Source of the DNA: Balanoglossus misakiensis
Taxonomy: Eukaryota > Animalia > Hemichordata
NCBI GenBank assembly: GCA_040954595.2
Contig: CM082596.2
Location: 10,498,461-10,562,460, forward strand
Length of the DNA: 64,000 nucleotides
Direction: 5' to 3'
A program made the position numbers and the translations under genes. Of this stretch, positions 23,041-38,000 are shown piece by piece. The notes below the pieces were generated by a model. That model had not been told where the DNA came from, made no database searches, and saw only the letters and a list, made by a program, of their open reading frames with translations. Numbering within the stretch: the stretch's first letter is position 1; each line of letters starts with the position of its first letter.

Positions 23041-25566
23041 ATTTTACAAACACTAGCAAATGTATCATAATTTGCTGTGCAAGATTGATAATGTTTCAGT
23101 AGGTGCGCAAATGTGCTGTTTCATGGTTCACTTATTGCACTTTGTGGGAACAATTTTGAGTTCACTTCAATCTCCTTTACTGTAAATTTCGTGCTATGAT
23201 TTAGTGATCTATTTCAGCATATTACAGCAATTGAACAATTTAGGAACCCATTCCACAACAATTTCTCTTCACAAAACGAATACAGCACAGCGGTTTGAAA
23301 ATACAAGTTCTCTTTAATGTTATTGGTCTCTATGGAGAATTCCAGTGTTGAGCACAATATGTGCAATTGTTATCAGTTCCACAGTGACTGTTGGGACACA
23401 TTCCATGTCGCACAGTATGCTATAAGTTGAGAATGCATTCCACTGTGGGGAAAGTGTTGTGCTGTGGAAATGGTATGCACAATGACATTGACCTTAGTCG
23501 TCCGTCAATATATGTCCGGAAAAGTGTGTATTAGCCATTTCACAGCATTATATGTATACAATCGTAATATGCCACAGTTCATACAAATACATATTATATT
23601 CAGTAACTGCAATTGCAAACACCTTAACGTACTATTAAATATATTAATTTGCTATACATACATAACACTGTGAGTGAACGTTTCTATCCCCAAAGTTATT
23701 TCATAAAACCACAGAACATCACTTTGCTTAAAAAACAACAAGTCACATTTCTCAAATAATCACAGAAAAGTAACCTCTACAGAACACCAAAATTCCTTGC
23801 ATTTATCCATTGCCACAATGTGCATGCATGTCACAATACTTCCCAGTAATCACATAACAATCTGATGTCATCATTGTTTGATTTAAGTACAAACAATTGA
23901 ATGGAATCCCTTGTTATACAAAAGGTATGTATTTTATAAGGCCAGGATCTCTTTTTGTGAGGTCTGCACAAGATGTCCATCATTTTTGAGAGTATGACTA
24001 CAGGCCAATGCTAATCAGGGACAAGTAAACAAACATAGTGCTAAGGACACTATGGTCCAATTGAGGGATTACAGAAGAAAAAATGTACACGCAGTACAGA
24101 CACACACACATCAAGAGATCAACAAACAAACAGTGACTGACCCATACAGTTACCACTGGCATGTGTACTGTAAATGCAACAAATCAAACAGCTGCACTCT
24201 TTAACAATTAGCCACTTATGTACACATGCAGGAATTTGGTGTTTGTACACAGCTCAACAACATTTCATTTATAGCCCTGCCAGTATCTTTACACTAAATA
24301 TACTGTTCCTGATGTGGGTGGACATACATACACACTGAACATATAGTGGACCCTTGCTATAATGAACAATATAATATAACGCACATAAACATTTTTCCTG
24401 TGATGAAATTGAATTGTCAACTAGCTGCCACAATAGCATGTGCGTCTATGATGAACACTTCGTAACTTGTAAACTTGTGTACAATCCATTCACATACATT
24501 GGTATGCTCCAAAAGATGACATTTTGCAATTTGGTGCCCAGATACTGTTGTTTCTGTATTAAGTAAACCAATTGATTTACTATGCACCACTATGTACAGT
24601 GCAACATTCATCCATGTACAGTACTCTTCATACGGTAGTCTATTCTTCACAAGTTCAATGTCTTTAATGACATTGGCAGGGCTTGAAGGTCACCATGCAA
24701 ATTCACATTTGAGAACTGGATTCCAGAGTGCAGCATAAAATGTATAACATTCAGGGCTGATACGAATGACATATTCCACTGTATACCAATAGTCCAGCAA
24801 ATGCACAGGATTAAAATGGATCATAATCCATGCGCCTGAACACAGTTAGCTTGCCTGGACAAGTTTACATCTGCTGTGAACACTGGGAGTGAGGTGATGT
24901 TCGAATTTCCAGTCTTATGGTGTTACCCAGAAATTGCTTAGTACATGTAGCAAAATTTGTGTGCAGCAGTTTGCAGACAGTTCCAGTGTTGCTAGAGTCA
25001 ACACAGTTTTTGCAGAGTAAAAATGTAACAGCAGGCTATATGACAGACGTACCCATGTGTCAAGATAGGTAAGTTTGACAGGTCTGCATTAATTCTTCCA
25101 CGAATTCCAACATGAAGCTGCTTGCCACTAGGTACAATTTTAGCGACATTACATTGATGACACCATTCCTCTTGAACCAATATTTCCATGATGACATCCT
25201 GCTGATCTTTCCATTGTGGTATACAGCAGAACACAATGTTCTTGGTTCATAATATCGTTGGCCATCTGTCCAGTGATGGCATGGTCACTGTCGTTAACTT
25301 GCTGAAGATCACAACCAGGAAGCTTCACCTTATGCATGGTGTCATTAGTTTTGCATGGAATGAAACAGATACCATTTCATACTGTGCTGTATGTATGTGC
25401 ACTTTAAAGTCTCCTGGTAATATATTCTTCCAATATCGCCTTCTCACAGTTAGAAAAATTTACATACAAAAGTGTTCACTTCAGCAAATTCCTTGCACTT
25501 TGTCTCCTAGCATAATCATTACAGCAAGGGTCCACTAATGTACATGTTCATCCATACACATACCTG

Positions 25567-25737
25567 GTACATACATACATACATACATACATACATACAT
25601 ACATACATACATACATACATACATACATACATACACACATACATACATACATACATACATACGTACATACGTACGTACGTACGTACGTACGTACGTACAT
25701 ACATACATACATACATACATACACACACACACATACA

Positions 25738-25767
<30 letters not shown>
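25567..25767. repeat. Compound microsatellite (TACA)n with embedded (TACG)n and (CA)n
   Basis: Directly visible. Confidence 0.97.
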
Positions 25768-25768
<1 letters not shown>

Positions 25769-28700
25769 GGAGAGACATGCTACACACAGAAATGCAGACA
25801 GACGCAACGAAGCCCATAGTGTCCCACTGATATATATAGCAAACAAAAAATAACACATTAGCACAGTACACCAATGAGTAAGTTTTGATTACAGATTCAG
25901 TCACAGATGCTCCACTCTAATTATATCAGAATAAACCAGTTATGGGTACAGATTCATTTACAGATGCTGCCACATTATTTCCAAGTAACACATTGACCTT
26001 TATTTCCAATACAAATTGGTTTCCCCCTTGTCTTCCTTCAGACGAATGGCCGTTGACTTACATGTGCCACTGTGGCCCCTTATGACATTGAAAACATGTA
26101 GGACTCTAAAATTCACATCGGTTATTTCAAACCCATTCAGTACTTTACACAATGTAAATTTGGCATATTGATTTAAATTTTCACGCACAATGCATTGCGA
26201 AAACTGAAATAAGTTTGCACTATTTCAACACTTGCATTGTGTACATTTTTCACATAGACGTGGTCAATCAATGTTTCACTCTCTGTAGTTGATTCTGTCA
26301 CACACTGTCTAAATCCCCTTTCCTCCATTAATTTGAGCACAGGTGAAGAGACCAATATGTTTTCATTGAAGTCACCAGTGATAATGTTGCCACCAGGTCT
26401 TTTCTCCATCTCTATCATCAACTGCACAAGGTTCTTCCTAAACAGACTACTCTTATATGATTGAGGTCTATATACAACGGCTACAGTCAGTTTCTGATCT
26501 GTCACATAGAATGCAGTGAATTCCAAATTTGCAACTGACATTTTCAAGATGTCAATGCATTGATTCACACTTGAATAAACACCTACTCCTCCATGAGCCT
26601 GCTGTTTTAAATCTGATGTGACAGGGTCAGAGGTGTCGTAGCACAGTCCCCTTGGTTTGTGGTGAAATTCAAATCCACTCAGTGGTACATCAGTCTGCGT
26701 ATCTGTGATTGCTAGCCACGTTTCTGTCAAGCATATAAAGTCAACTGTCATAAATCTGTTGTCTGCTTGCAGGTCCTGGAAATGAGAGTACAACCCCTGT
26801 ATATTGTGCAACATAATAGTGCATGAACATTCAACATTTTCAGTTCCTTCAGGTGACATCTGTAACTTTGGCATGCATGATAACACACCACTGATTTTGC
26901 TATTGCAGTATATAGCAGATTTGTCGAAATCTTTTATACTAAGCCCACTTAGAGATTTTACTCGACTCAACGCCACATAAGCTTGTCCGGGCTGAAATAT
27001 TTTGTGCAATGACACTACAGCTTCCTCTACAGTTAAACCTTGTACCTTATGCACCGTGCCTGCCCACGCAAGTTTCAATGGAAATTGTCGTCTAATACTG
27101 CCACAATTATTCACTCTATCTTCCTCACACTTGATTGGTGTACTTCTTTCGGGTATTGATGTCAATGTCTCTGTGTGGCTGCGAAGTTTTGTACCAATTT
27201 GGTCATTGTCAAAACGAACATATACAGTAGATGGGAAAGTCTCACCGGGCTTCACATATATATAAGAAACAGTGCCAAAAACACCATTTACTAGGCCATC
27301 AGACACATCAATGTTACTTGTTAACATGACACGAGCACCTACAGCCAATGTCACACTTTTTGGCAAATTTGTACTGTACAGTTTGCTGTGGTGGCCATTT
27401 ATTTTGATTAGTTTCTTTGTTTTTGGATCTCTGCGGAAATCCTGTGCATCGATGGACATTATTGGTACATCTGAACAAATAGAGTGAAGTTTTGTGATAT
27501 TACATTCGTTAAAATCTTTGTTTCGTGCAAAAATGTGAATTCCAGTACTCTCCTCACCAGTTTCACACTTATGTAGCATGTCAATTATGCCAGCATCCAA
27601 GTCTTCTGATTTCTCTCTCTTACGGATAACATTTAAAGCTCTGGCAAATTCTGGGTCTTGCTGTCTCACAATGTCAGTAAATTCAGCAATGACAAAGTAG
27701 TCATTCCACAGATCAACACCCTCATTGTCCATGTACAATGCCTTTCCTTTTACTGGAGATAATTGGTAGAAATCACCAACAGAAATTACTGATACACCAC
27801 CAAATGGGCACTGATCACCAGTTTGTTTGATTTGCCTCAATCTCCCATGAACATAACTCAGTAGTTTCTTATCAACCATTGATATCTCATCAATAATGAG
27901 AATTTGCAGATTACCAAGCTTTGCTCTCAATGTATTAATTTTCTCTTGTCCAAGTGGTTGGTATGGCAGTTTGGCATCGATAGGTATTGAGAACGTACTA
28001 TGTATAGTAGTTGCACCTATATTAAATGCAGCTACACCTGTCGGTGCAGTGAGAAGAACACAGACATCATGTGGATTTAGTAGAAAACGTGCCAGAATTC
28101 TTGATGCTTCATAGTACACAGCTTTGATTAAATGAGATTTCCCTGTACCTGCACCACCAGTTACAAATATGTGAAAAGAACCCACAATATTTCCAGTAGC
28201 CTTCTTCAGACACCATTGTCTTACCCAGTAAAATATTTCTCGCTGTCTCTTGTTTAAAGATCTCATCAATACCACAGCTTCACTTCTTGACATACCACAA
28301 TGGTGATGGACTGCACCAGCAGACATTTTCTTGTCTTTTTTCAGCAAATCTGGCATAGATTCATCACTTTCATTTTCATTTTCCATAGGATCATCTTTCC
28401 TTTCTTGTTCACTCTCCAATCTATCCATTTCAGTTGATGGATGAATTTGTGCCCATGCATCTTCCAAATTATCACTTGTTCGAAGTATTTCCTCGGCTGA
28501 ATCCAGCACATCAGCTTCTTTCTCAAATACAGCTCTATTTCTTTGCACTATTTCTTTCACAGCTACTACACCTTCTGCACCAAACTTGACTCCACCAGTG
28601 TTATAAAAATCTTCAAATGAGTCAAACTTGTCAGGTTTCAATTGGGTATCAATGCGAAAAGGCAAGAACAACTGCAGAATACTTTGATAAAATTTCTCCG

Positions 28701-31700
28701 GCTGTTTGACAGGTGAAAACCTTGCATACCTGACCACTGCTGGAGCTGTTTGAGTTCTTCTCTTCATGAAACCAAGACCATTTTTTAGTACAGCTACATT
28801 CTTCTTTGAGGATGTATTCGATACCTCAGATGATGACATGACTCTAAATTCTGAAACAAATGCAGCTTGACACATTTTATCAAAGGAATCTCCATCGGGC
28901 CTGTTCTTATAACGATCTACCATGCTTGTCATCCAAATATCCTCCTCGTCAAAATCACCACTTTCACTTTTCATTTGTAGAACTTCAAGAGGTAAACTCA
29001 TTCTTGTGGGATTGTCCCCTGTTGGGATAAACTGAACTTTTCTAGATCCTTCTTTCAACCTCAAGTTACAAACCCTATACACAGCTTCTTGAGCACTAAC
29101 CTCTCGATTTGTCAGATACACAAATCTCAATTCCTTCAGGGCTTCCTTAGCATCTACATTATCCTGTTTGGAAGCTTCTTTCTGTGCATGTTCCAACAAC
29201 AATCCCATCTCTCTTTCTGCTTTAGATATGTAGCTAATGATGTACACAATGCAACTATATGCGTCTACCACAAATTGTATGTCCATATTAGCGTTCCAAC
29301 ATCGCAACAAATCTCCATTATATTGATTTACCCACACATCACTTGTTTGCCTCTTCAAGACGACACTGGTTTTCTTAGTTAGTACACTACATGCTCTCTC
29401 AAACAGATCCTGTGTAAGTCCAATGCTATGAAACAGTGATTCTACAGTTGCCAAATTATTTCCAGAATCTAAAAGTGTAGTCCAAATTTGTGTGAGAATT
29501 TTCTTGGCTTCAGCTTTACTCATGTCTTCTACTTTGTCTGTATTCACATCAACTCTCTCACAACATTCAGAACTCTCATGACAATTAGAATTGATCTCAG
29601 TCTCCTTGTCCCCATCTACCTTTTCCATATTGTCAGTGGATTTATCATCAGTATCACATTGTGCAATAAAAGTGTCTTCAGAAGGCGGTCGCGGAAAGTT
29701 GAACCTACATTCAGTCCCCTGCTTTCTACAAGACTTTGAGTGTCGTGTACTATGTTTCTGAACACTGTTTACAATTTCGTACAGTTCCTCATCATTGTCT
29801 TCAGATGGCATTGCACAAGTCACATACTAATCAACAAATGCAGTCACTTCATCATCATCATTTTTATCAACTATTGGTGCATCTTTCACCCAAAAGAGAC
29901 AATGTGTATGTGGTGACCCACGTTGCTGAAATTCAACTCGATAAAAATAATCTTCAATTTGACCAATTGGTTCTGCCGGAGACAAAATAACATGTGTCAA
30001 AAAGAAATGAAACCTCCTATCAAACATTCGAGCAGCTGTCACAGGGTTTCTCCTCAATACAGCACACTTCTCTGACCAATCTAACTGTTCAGCTCTACGA
30101 CTATCACCTTCTGCTTCCAGAATACTATTAATCATCTCAGGCCATCTCATGTCTGCTGATGAAAATGAGCAAAACCATGTTGGTATTCCAAGCTGCCTAA
30201 CCATTGCAAAAAGATCTTTCTGTGCACTCTGCCAAAAAGGTGGTGTTCCTCGAATTGGTTTCAAAAATTTGTAACCCTCATCATAATTTAAAATCTTCTT
30301 CAATGATTCCTCATCTCTCAGAGTTGCTGCTGTTACCTTTCCTGTGCAGGTTCTGCTTGACCCTTTACGCATTGCAATTGACACATTTGACAGAACTTGT
30401 TGTATTTCTGACAAAAACTGAGAATAAAATATGAAATTTGTGTTTTGGGCAAATCTACTATCTGCATTCATCAATCGAGTGTGAAGATATCGAGCAAGTG
30501 TTATTCTCACTTCACGATTATCATGGAAAGTTGGTGACCCAATGGGATACAATACAGGGAAAGATTTAGCTTCATTACTCTCATCTGAAAAAATTGCAAC
30601 AGGCTTATTCTTTTCAGCAGGTGCAACAGAATAGATTTTGTCAAAATGTTGATCGAGAACTTCCTGTCCTATGTCTACAGGTTGAAGACATGTGTCCATA
30701 AACATCCCTTGTTGTTCTTCAGTATATGTTTCATTCTCTTCTTCACTATTCTTTTCACCATGCTCTGATTCCGTCTTCTCAACATTATCCTGTGACTGTA
30801 CATTTCCAGTATCATCCTCTAATTCCTTCTGTCCTCCATCAGTATGATTCTCCATTTCCACATTGCCAGCAACATCCTGTAATTCTCTGTTAGTTACATG
30901 TGTGCCATTTTGTGTACATTTACCCTCAGAAATACATTCATGTTGTTCTTCCATTTTGGCTAGGGGATTCCTCCATTCTTTATTGAAACAAATATCACCG
31001 TACCACTTGTTATTGACAGTGAGATGTTCAATTGCATTTCTAATTTTCAAGTCATTCACATACTGAAATTCATAGTGACCTTTATAAGTCAGTTTCCGTT
31101 TCAACTTGACTCTAATCATTTGATCATCGGACTCTTGACGTGGTAAAACATATGTACCTTTTCCCACACTAGAAGGAACACAAACAACTGGTCCGTGCAC
31201 TCCATTCTGTCCACCTTTTGGTAAAGCTAACATTTTCATGAAAGGAATGTGCAATGCAATCAAATGTTGTTCTAGTGAATTTAAGCATTTCAATTCCTTT
31301 GGAATACTGATGACATGAAGATTATTTGCTGAAGCTTCTGCAGGCATTTTCCCATTCAACAACTTCCGGTGACAAGTAAAACATACCCACAATTGTTGCT
31401 GTTTCTGTCTGAAATACAAGCAGTCATTATCACACAATTCTGTGCAGTTGTGGAAGTCAAAACACTTCTTTGCAATGTTTTCTACAGTGCCCCCTTTTTT
31501 GCATACATCTCTCTTTTGCACAGTATCACTTGATTTCTGAAAAGTAGTCGATAGCAAATTGAACAGACATAGTTTGGACCATCACCTATTTCATTCTGAA
31601 ATCTACACAACACGTTCTGTATATCCTTTTGACCATTTGCTCTAGATAATCTACAATTATACACTTTCGATTTAGTCTCTTCCCTGTATGTTGCACTTTT

Positions 31701-31729
31701 CCTGTACTTTTCGATGTATCTTGCCTTCA

Positions 31730-32045
31730 CAGCTGCTCTGTGAGACTCATTCCTTTCATACTTTGCAATACTTTGTCTCTTAACATCTTCTCTATGAAAC
31801 TGATTCTCCTCATACTTTGAAATACTTCGTCTCTTTACCTCTTCTCTATGAAACTGATTCTCCTCATACTTTGCAACACTTCTTCTCTTTACATCTTCTC
31901 TATGAAACTGATTCTCCTCATACTTTGAAATACTTCGTCTCTTTACCTCTTCTCTATGAAACTGATTCTCCTCATACTTTGCAACACTTCTTCTCTTTAC
32001 GTCTTGTCTGTGCAATTCGTTGCCCTAATACTTTGCTATACTGTG
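31730..32045 (-). repeat. Coding 60-bp (20-aa) tandem repeat KYEENQFHREEVKRRSIS-like, ~5 copies, alternating A/B variants
   Basis: ORF 31482..32015 translation. Confidence 0.9.
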
Positions 32046-33954
32046 TGCCTTCTTACTTTGCTTATAATACTCATTGTTATTATACATTTGTTTAACTTTT
32101 GCTTTTTTGTCAAGAGCATTCCCTTTATACAAACTGTTGACACTATTTTTTTTCCTGGTACGGAATTCCCAGTTAGTCCAGTATTTCTTATGTGCTTGAC
32201 GTTTCCTTTCCTCATTCATAATACTACTATGTGCAGGTGGTGCACATGATCGTTTCCTCTTCAACAGTCTCTCTGCTATCGAGGTACAAGATTTATCAAC
32301 AGATACTACGCATACATTGCTTTTATCCCTTTTACGTTTATGTGCTCTTCTTTCATCAAAGCAATGTCCAGTGACAGTGACATATCAGTTGATGAACTTC
32401 TCATACGTTCACCGATGCTATCACTGCCATCAATGCTTTGGCTAATTTGTAATGTAGTTTTACAATTATGACTGCATTCATACAGCACAACATCTACAGG
32501 CTTAACACATTGTACAACTTCATAGTGTACATCCATACAGTGTTTCAGGAATATACATTTACCAGTATTTACGCTGTTCTTGTCAACTCGAACGTTAGAA
32601 TATTTCACCCACCTCCCTCTCGTGAAAGTACATACATCACTTTTCAACAGATCAGCTGTTTCTAGAATCTCTACTTCTGTTGCCCACGTACCCAAACACT
32701 CCATACGAGATGTCTTGACATACTCATCAACTGATTGATACCCTGATCGTAAATGCCTATAAAACGCAGCACCATTGTCTTTTAAATGAGAAACTACAGC
32801 CAATCGAATCATCTTATGGTTCTTCTCAGTACCAGAGACTGTGTATGACACAGCGCGGAAAAAACAGTTGCCATCTCCTTTAATAGGTTTAGTTTTGCAT
32901 GGTTCACCAAGTTCACCACTTCCATGAACATAAGCATCAGTGTTATTTTCATTCTGTATACCAAGTTGACTGCACAAGGATTCCCGAACTTCACAAGTTA
33001 AAGGACTATATAACAGAGGTATCTTTTCACTTCTGACTACAACAACTTCATCACTCTGTGTTTCTGAGTTGCCTTCATGCTGCACATTGTGCGAGTAAAT
33101 ACCAACATTAATTCCAGTCACTTCAAACTGTTCACTCATATCAACATTCATCGAAACTGCTAATTTACAGCAATGTTCATAGACTAACTCAATACTGCTG
33201 AATGGTATAAGTACACTTTTCCCATCAGCTGCAACCATGCCCTTTGAGTCTCTTGAATGACTGTCAAATACATAATACATATTGTCAGTCTTCAATACAG
33301 TGAACACAGCTCCTCCGAAATTAACAAAACATGTGTCATATTCTGTTACACAAGTCATTATTGCCTCTGCAAACGATACCAAGCAGTATTCTATATTGCC
33401 ATCACCCTGTATTAAACCTGTTGCAGATTGCCCGATACTCAATTCAAACCTTATGCCAAATAATTCTATTGATTGTGGTAACTCTGTGACTAAAAGATAT
33501 ACATCATTCATTGTAGTTGACTGCTGTAGGAAGCCATACAATTCATTTCCTGTTTGTAGTATTGTATCCAGATCACATGAATTCCACATATCAAGATTTT
33601 TGGCTTTACTATATAATACAGAAACAAAACTGTTAGCAACACACTGTTTGCCACTGTTTTCTCCAAACTGTCCATGACCCTGGTGAAAACTGCCTTGTAC
33701 TGACATCGTTGAAACAGTAGAAGTGTTCAAGGGAACACTTGCAATGTTAAACACCTTGTGACAATGTGCATCATTTTCAACTTCCTCTTTATTACAAATG
33801 ACATTATTCAAATAATGAAGCTCTGCAATTTCTTCTTTATATATAGGGACAGTTGAACCACTGTCATTGTCAGTATTCTTATGTCCACGTTCATTATAAA
33901 GGAGATCATCATTTTTTGACTCATTTCTGATGATTATAGTGTTTCGAGTTACAA

Positions 33955-34160
33955 AATGACCAGCTTCATTATCAAGGTCGAAGGGGTCCCGAGCCCCATA
34001 ATTTCCACATTCCCTATCCAAGTTCACACAGCCCAAAGGCACATTATTTCCACATTCATTATCCAGGTTCATAAGGTCCCGAGGGACATAATTTCCAGAT
34101 TCATTATCCAAGTTCATAAGGTCCCGAGGGACATAATTTCCAGATACATTATCCACTGTA
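33955..34160 (-). repeat. Coding 45-bp (15-aa) repeat DNESGNYVPRDLMNL, ~4.5 copies
   Basis: N-terminus of ORF 32306..34240. Confidence 0.85.
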
Positions 34161-35049
34161 ACAGTGTCATTTTGGTCAAACAGGACAGATTGGCCCTGAG
34201 TGACAATTCCACTGGTTGGTGGGACACGACCCAAACCCAACCGCTACTTCAGCGCATCACCCTTCTTCCAGCTCTTCTTACGTGGCATCTGAAACATATT
34301 TGAAATAATATCATAACAGACACATTTACAACTTCTTGCTCTGAAGTCCATATGTCATCCACTTCAGCTATGTCCCCGATTTACAATATTCTTCATTGAA
34401 AATGTCACAGAGAAACTAAAACACTTAATATTATAGCTTGCACTTACTAATAAAAATACTCCGCCATAGCTGAGCTTGTCATTCGAGAAAAGTAAGTTAC
34501 TAGTATTTTAAATTTACGTTCATATACCAGTCGTCCAATCAGAAATGTCACTTTGTGAGTCATAACCTTTGACCATGCTAACAGAAGGTTACATTGGGTT
34601 GTTGTTTGTCATGGTTGACAAGTTCCAAAAAAAACTTCTTTTTAATGACTTAAACGGTGAGATTTTCTTAATCGGTGTGTGTAATCTTCACTTGTAATGT
34701 TTGACACATCTATCAAATCCAGTTATTGACTTGCCATCATTGTTTTTGAGGGAGAAATTGTCAGCTGAAAAATCATTGCCAACCGTCCATGAGTTCTGCA
34801 ATTTCTCACAATTATTATCTCTTTACATGTTATATCAGGCTACAATCAGTGGTTTTACGCCACCTATGCTTTGGACTATACTTGTAATAATGTCATAGTA
34901 TTACTAGCACAGCTTCCTCTTTAATATTTCTCATACCTTGTATCTCAAATTACATTTTAGCACCACTTTAAACAATGTGACTACATACACCAAACCATAC
35001 ATTTTTCCACTCTTTTGGTACATATCACTTTTTCACATATTATGTTACA

Positions 35050-38000
35050 ATGAAAATTGTAAACAAAATACCAGAGTTGTAATAATTTGTCTGGTCACAA
35101 TATGTCTATAGACACATCACGTACATGGACATGAATGCAAGAATGGACACAGATCATTTATGAAGTCAATGTGGACAACTTTACTTGAAGTCAGTAAATT
35201 GTACACAAAATACCAGAGTTGTAATAATTTGTCTGGTCCCAATATGTCTATAAACACATCACGTACATGGACATGAATGCAAGAATGGACACAGATCATT
35301 TATGAAGTCAATGTGAAAAACTTTACTTGAAGTCAGTAAATTGTAAACAGAATACCAGAGTTGTAATAATTTGTCTGATCACAATATGTCTATAGACACA
35401 TCACATAAATTGACACAAATGAAAGAATGGTCACAGATCATTTATGAAGTCAATGTGAACAACTTTACTTGAAGTAAGCACATTGTAAACAGAATACATG
35501 AGTTGGAATAGTTTGTCTGATCACAATATGTCTATAGACACATCACGTACATGGACATGAATGCAAGAATGGACACAGATCATTTATGAAGTCAATGTGA
35601 ACGATTTTACTTTATATCAGTACATTGTAAACAGAATATCAGAGTTGTAATAATTTGTCTGGTCACAATATGTCTATAGACACATCACGTACATGGACAT
35701 GAATGCAAGAATGGACACAGATCATTTATGAAGTCAATGTGAACAACTTAACTTGAAGTCAGTAAATTGTAAACAGAATATCAGAGTTGTATTAATTTGT
35801 CTGGTCACAATATGTCTATAGACACATCACGTACATGGACATGAATGCAAGAATGGACACAGATCATTTACGAAGTCAATGTGAACAACTTTACTTGAAG
35901 TAAGTAAATTGTAAACAGAATACCAGAGTTGTAATAATTTGTCTGGTCACAATATGTCTATCGACACATCACGTACATGGACATGACTGCAAGAATGGAC
36001 ACAGATCATTTATGAAGTCAATGTGAACAACTTTACTTGAAGTCATTACTTTGTTAACAGAATACCATAGTTGTATTAATTTGTCTGGTCACAATATGTC
36101 TATAGACACATCACGTACATGGACATGACTGAAAGAATGGACACAGATCATTTATGAAGTCAATGTGAACAACTTTACTTGAAGTCAGTAAATTGTAAAC
36201 AGAATACCGGAGTTGTATTAATTTGTCTGGTCACAATATGTCTATAGACACATCACGTACATGGACATGAATGCAATAATGGACACAGATCATTTATGAA
36301 GTCAATGTGAACAACTTTACTTGAAGTCAGTAAATTGTAAACAGAATACCAGAGTTGTAATAATTTGTCTGGTCACAATATGTCTATCGACACATCACGT
36401 ACATGGACATGAATGCAAGAATGGACACAGATCATTTATGAAGTCAATGTGAACAACTTTACTTGAAGTCATTACATTGTAAACAGAATACCATAGTTGT
36501 ATTAATTTGTCTGGTCACAATATGTCTATAGACACATCACGTACATGGACATGAATGCAAGAATGGACACAGATCATTTATGAAGTCAATGTGAACAACT
36601 TTACTTGAAGTCAGTAAATTGTAAACAGAATACCAGAGTTGTAATAATTTGTCTGGTCACAATATGTCTATAGACACATCACGTACATGGACATGAATGC
36701 AAGAATGGACACAGATCATTTATGAAGTCAATGTGGACAACTTTACTTGAAGTCAGTAAATTGTACACAAAATACCAGAGTTGTAATAATTTGTCTGGTC
36801 CCAATATGTCTATAAACACATCACGTACATGGACATGAATGCAAGAATGGTCACAGATCATTTATGAAGTCAATGTGAACAACTTTACTTGAAGTCATTA
36901 CATTGTAAACAGAATACCATAGTTGTATTAATTTGTCTGGTCACAATATGTCTATAGACACATCACGTACATGGACATGAATGCAAGAATGGACACAGAT
37001 CATTTATGAAGTCAATGTGAACAACTTTACTTGAAGTCAGTAAATTGTAAACAGAATACGAGAGTTGTAATAATTTGTCTGGTCACAATATGTCTATAGA
37101 CACATCACGTACATGGACATGAATGCAAGAATGGACACAGATCATTTATGAAGTCAATGTGGACAACTTTACTTGAAGTCAGTAAATTGTACACAAAATA
37201 CCAGAGTTGTAATAATTTGTCTGGTCCCAATATGTCTATAAACACATCACGTACATGGACATGAATGCAAGAATGGTCACAGATCATTTATGAAGTCAAT
37301 GTGAACAACTTTACTTGAAGTAAGCACATTGTAAACAGAATACATGAGTTGGAATAGTTTGTCTGATCACAATATGTCTATAGACACATCACGTACATGG
37401 ACATGAATGCAAGAATGGACACAGATCATTTATGAAGTCAATGTGAACAATTTTACTTTATGTCAGTACATTGTAAACAGAATATCAGAGTTGTAATAAT
37501 TTTTTTCTGGTCACAATATGTCTATAGACACATCACGTACATGGACATGACTGCAAGAATGGACACAGATCATTTATGAAGTCAATGTGAACAACTTTAC
37601 TTGAAGTCATTACATTGTAAACAGAATACCATAGTTGTATTAATTTGTCTGGTCACAATATGTCTATAGACACATCACGTACATGGACATGAATGCAAGA
37701 ATGGACACAGATCATTTATGAAGTCAATGTGAACAACTTTACTTGAAGTCAGTAAATTGTAAACAGAATACCAGAGTTGTAATAATTTGTCTGGTCACAA
37801 TATGTCTATAGACACATCACGTACATGGACATGAATGCAAGAATGGACACAGATCATTTATGAAGTCAATGTGGACAACTTTACTTGAAGTCAGTAAATT
37901 GTACACAAAATACCAGAGTTGTAATAATTTGTCTGGTCCCAATATGTCTATAAACACATCACGTACATGGACATGAATGCAAGAATGGTCACAGATCATT

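Larger units (their letters stand above)
26173..34288 (-). pseudogene. Helentron polyprotein (~2700 aa): C76-like peptidase, OTU, 20-aa repeats, HUH Rep, PIF1 helicase, EEP/AP endonuclease; 3 stops and 2 frameshifts
   Basis: Start MPRKKSWKK at 34288 behind a TTTCAG acceptor. Motifs QGSFHQG..GKQCVANS..FDSH; IKGDGNCFFRAVS..WATEVEI..HYE; [12 protein letters not shown]; YIISYISKAE; GGAGTGKS, IIDEISMV, GDFYQL, TVHKVQG, YVALSR; HNIQGL..LTETWL..GDFNE..LIDHVY. Stops at 34244, 32025 and 29827; frameshifts at ~32310 and ~31500. Confidence 0.92.

Noticed and set aside
25519-25904. MYVC/TYIH repeat ORFs
   Set aside because: Translations of the (TACA)n microsatellite.
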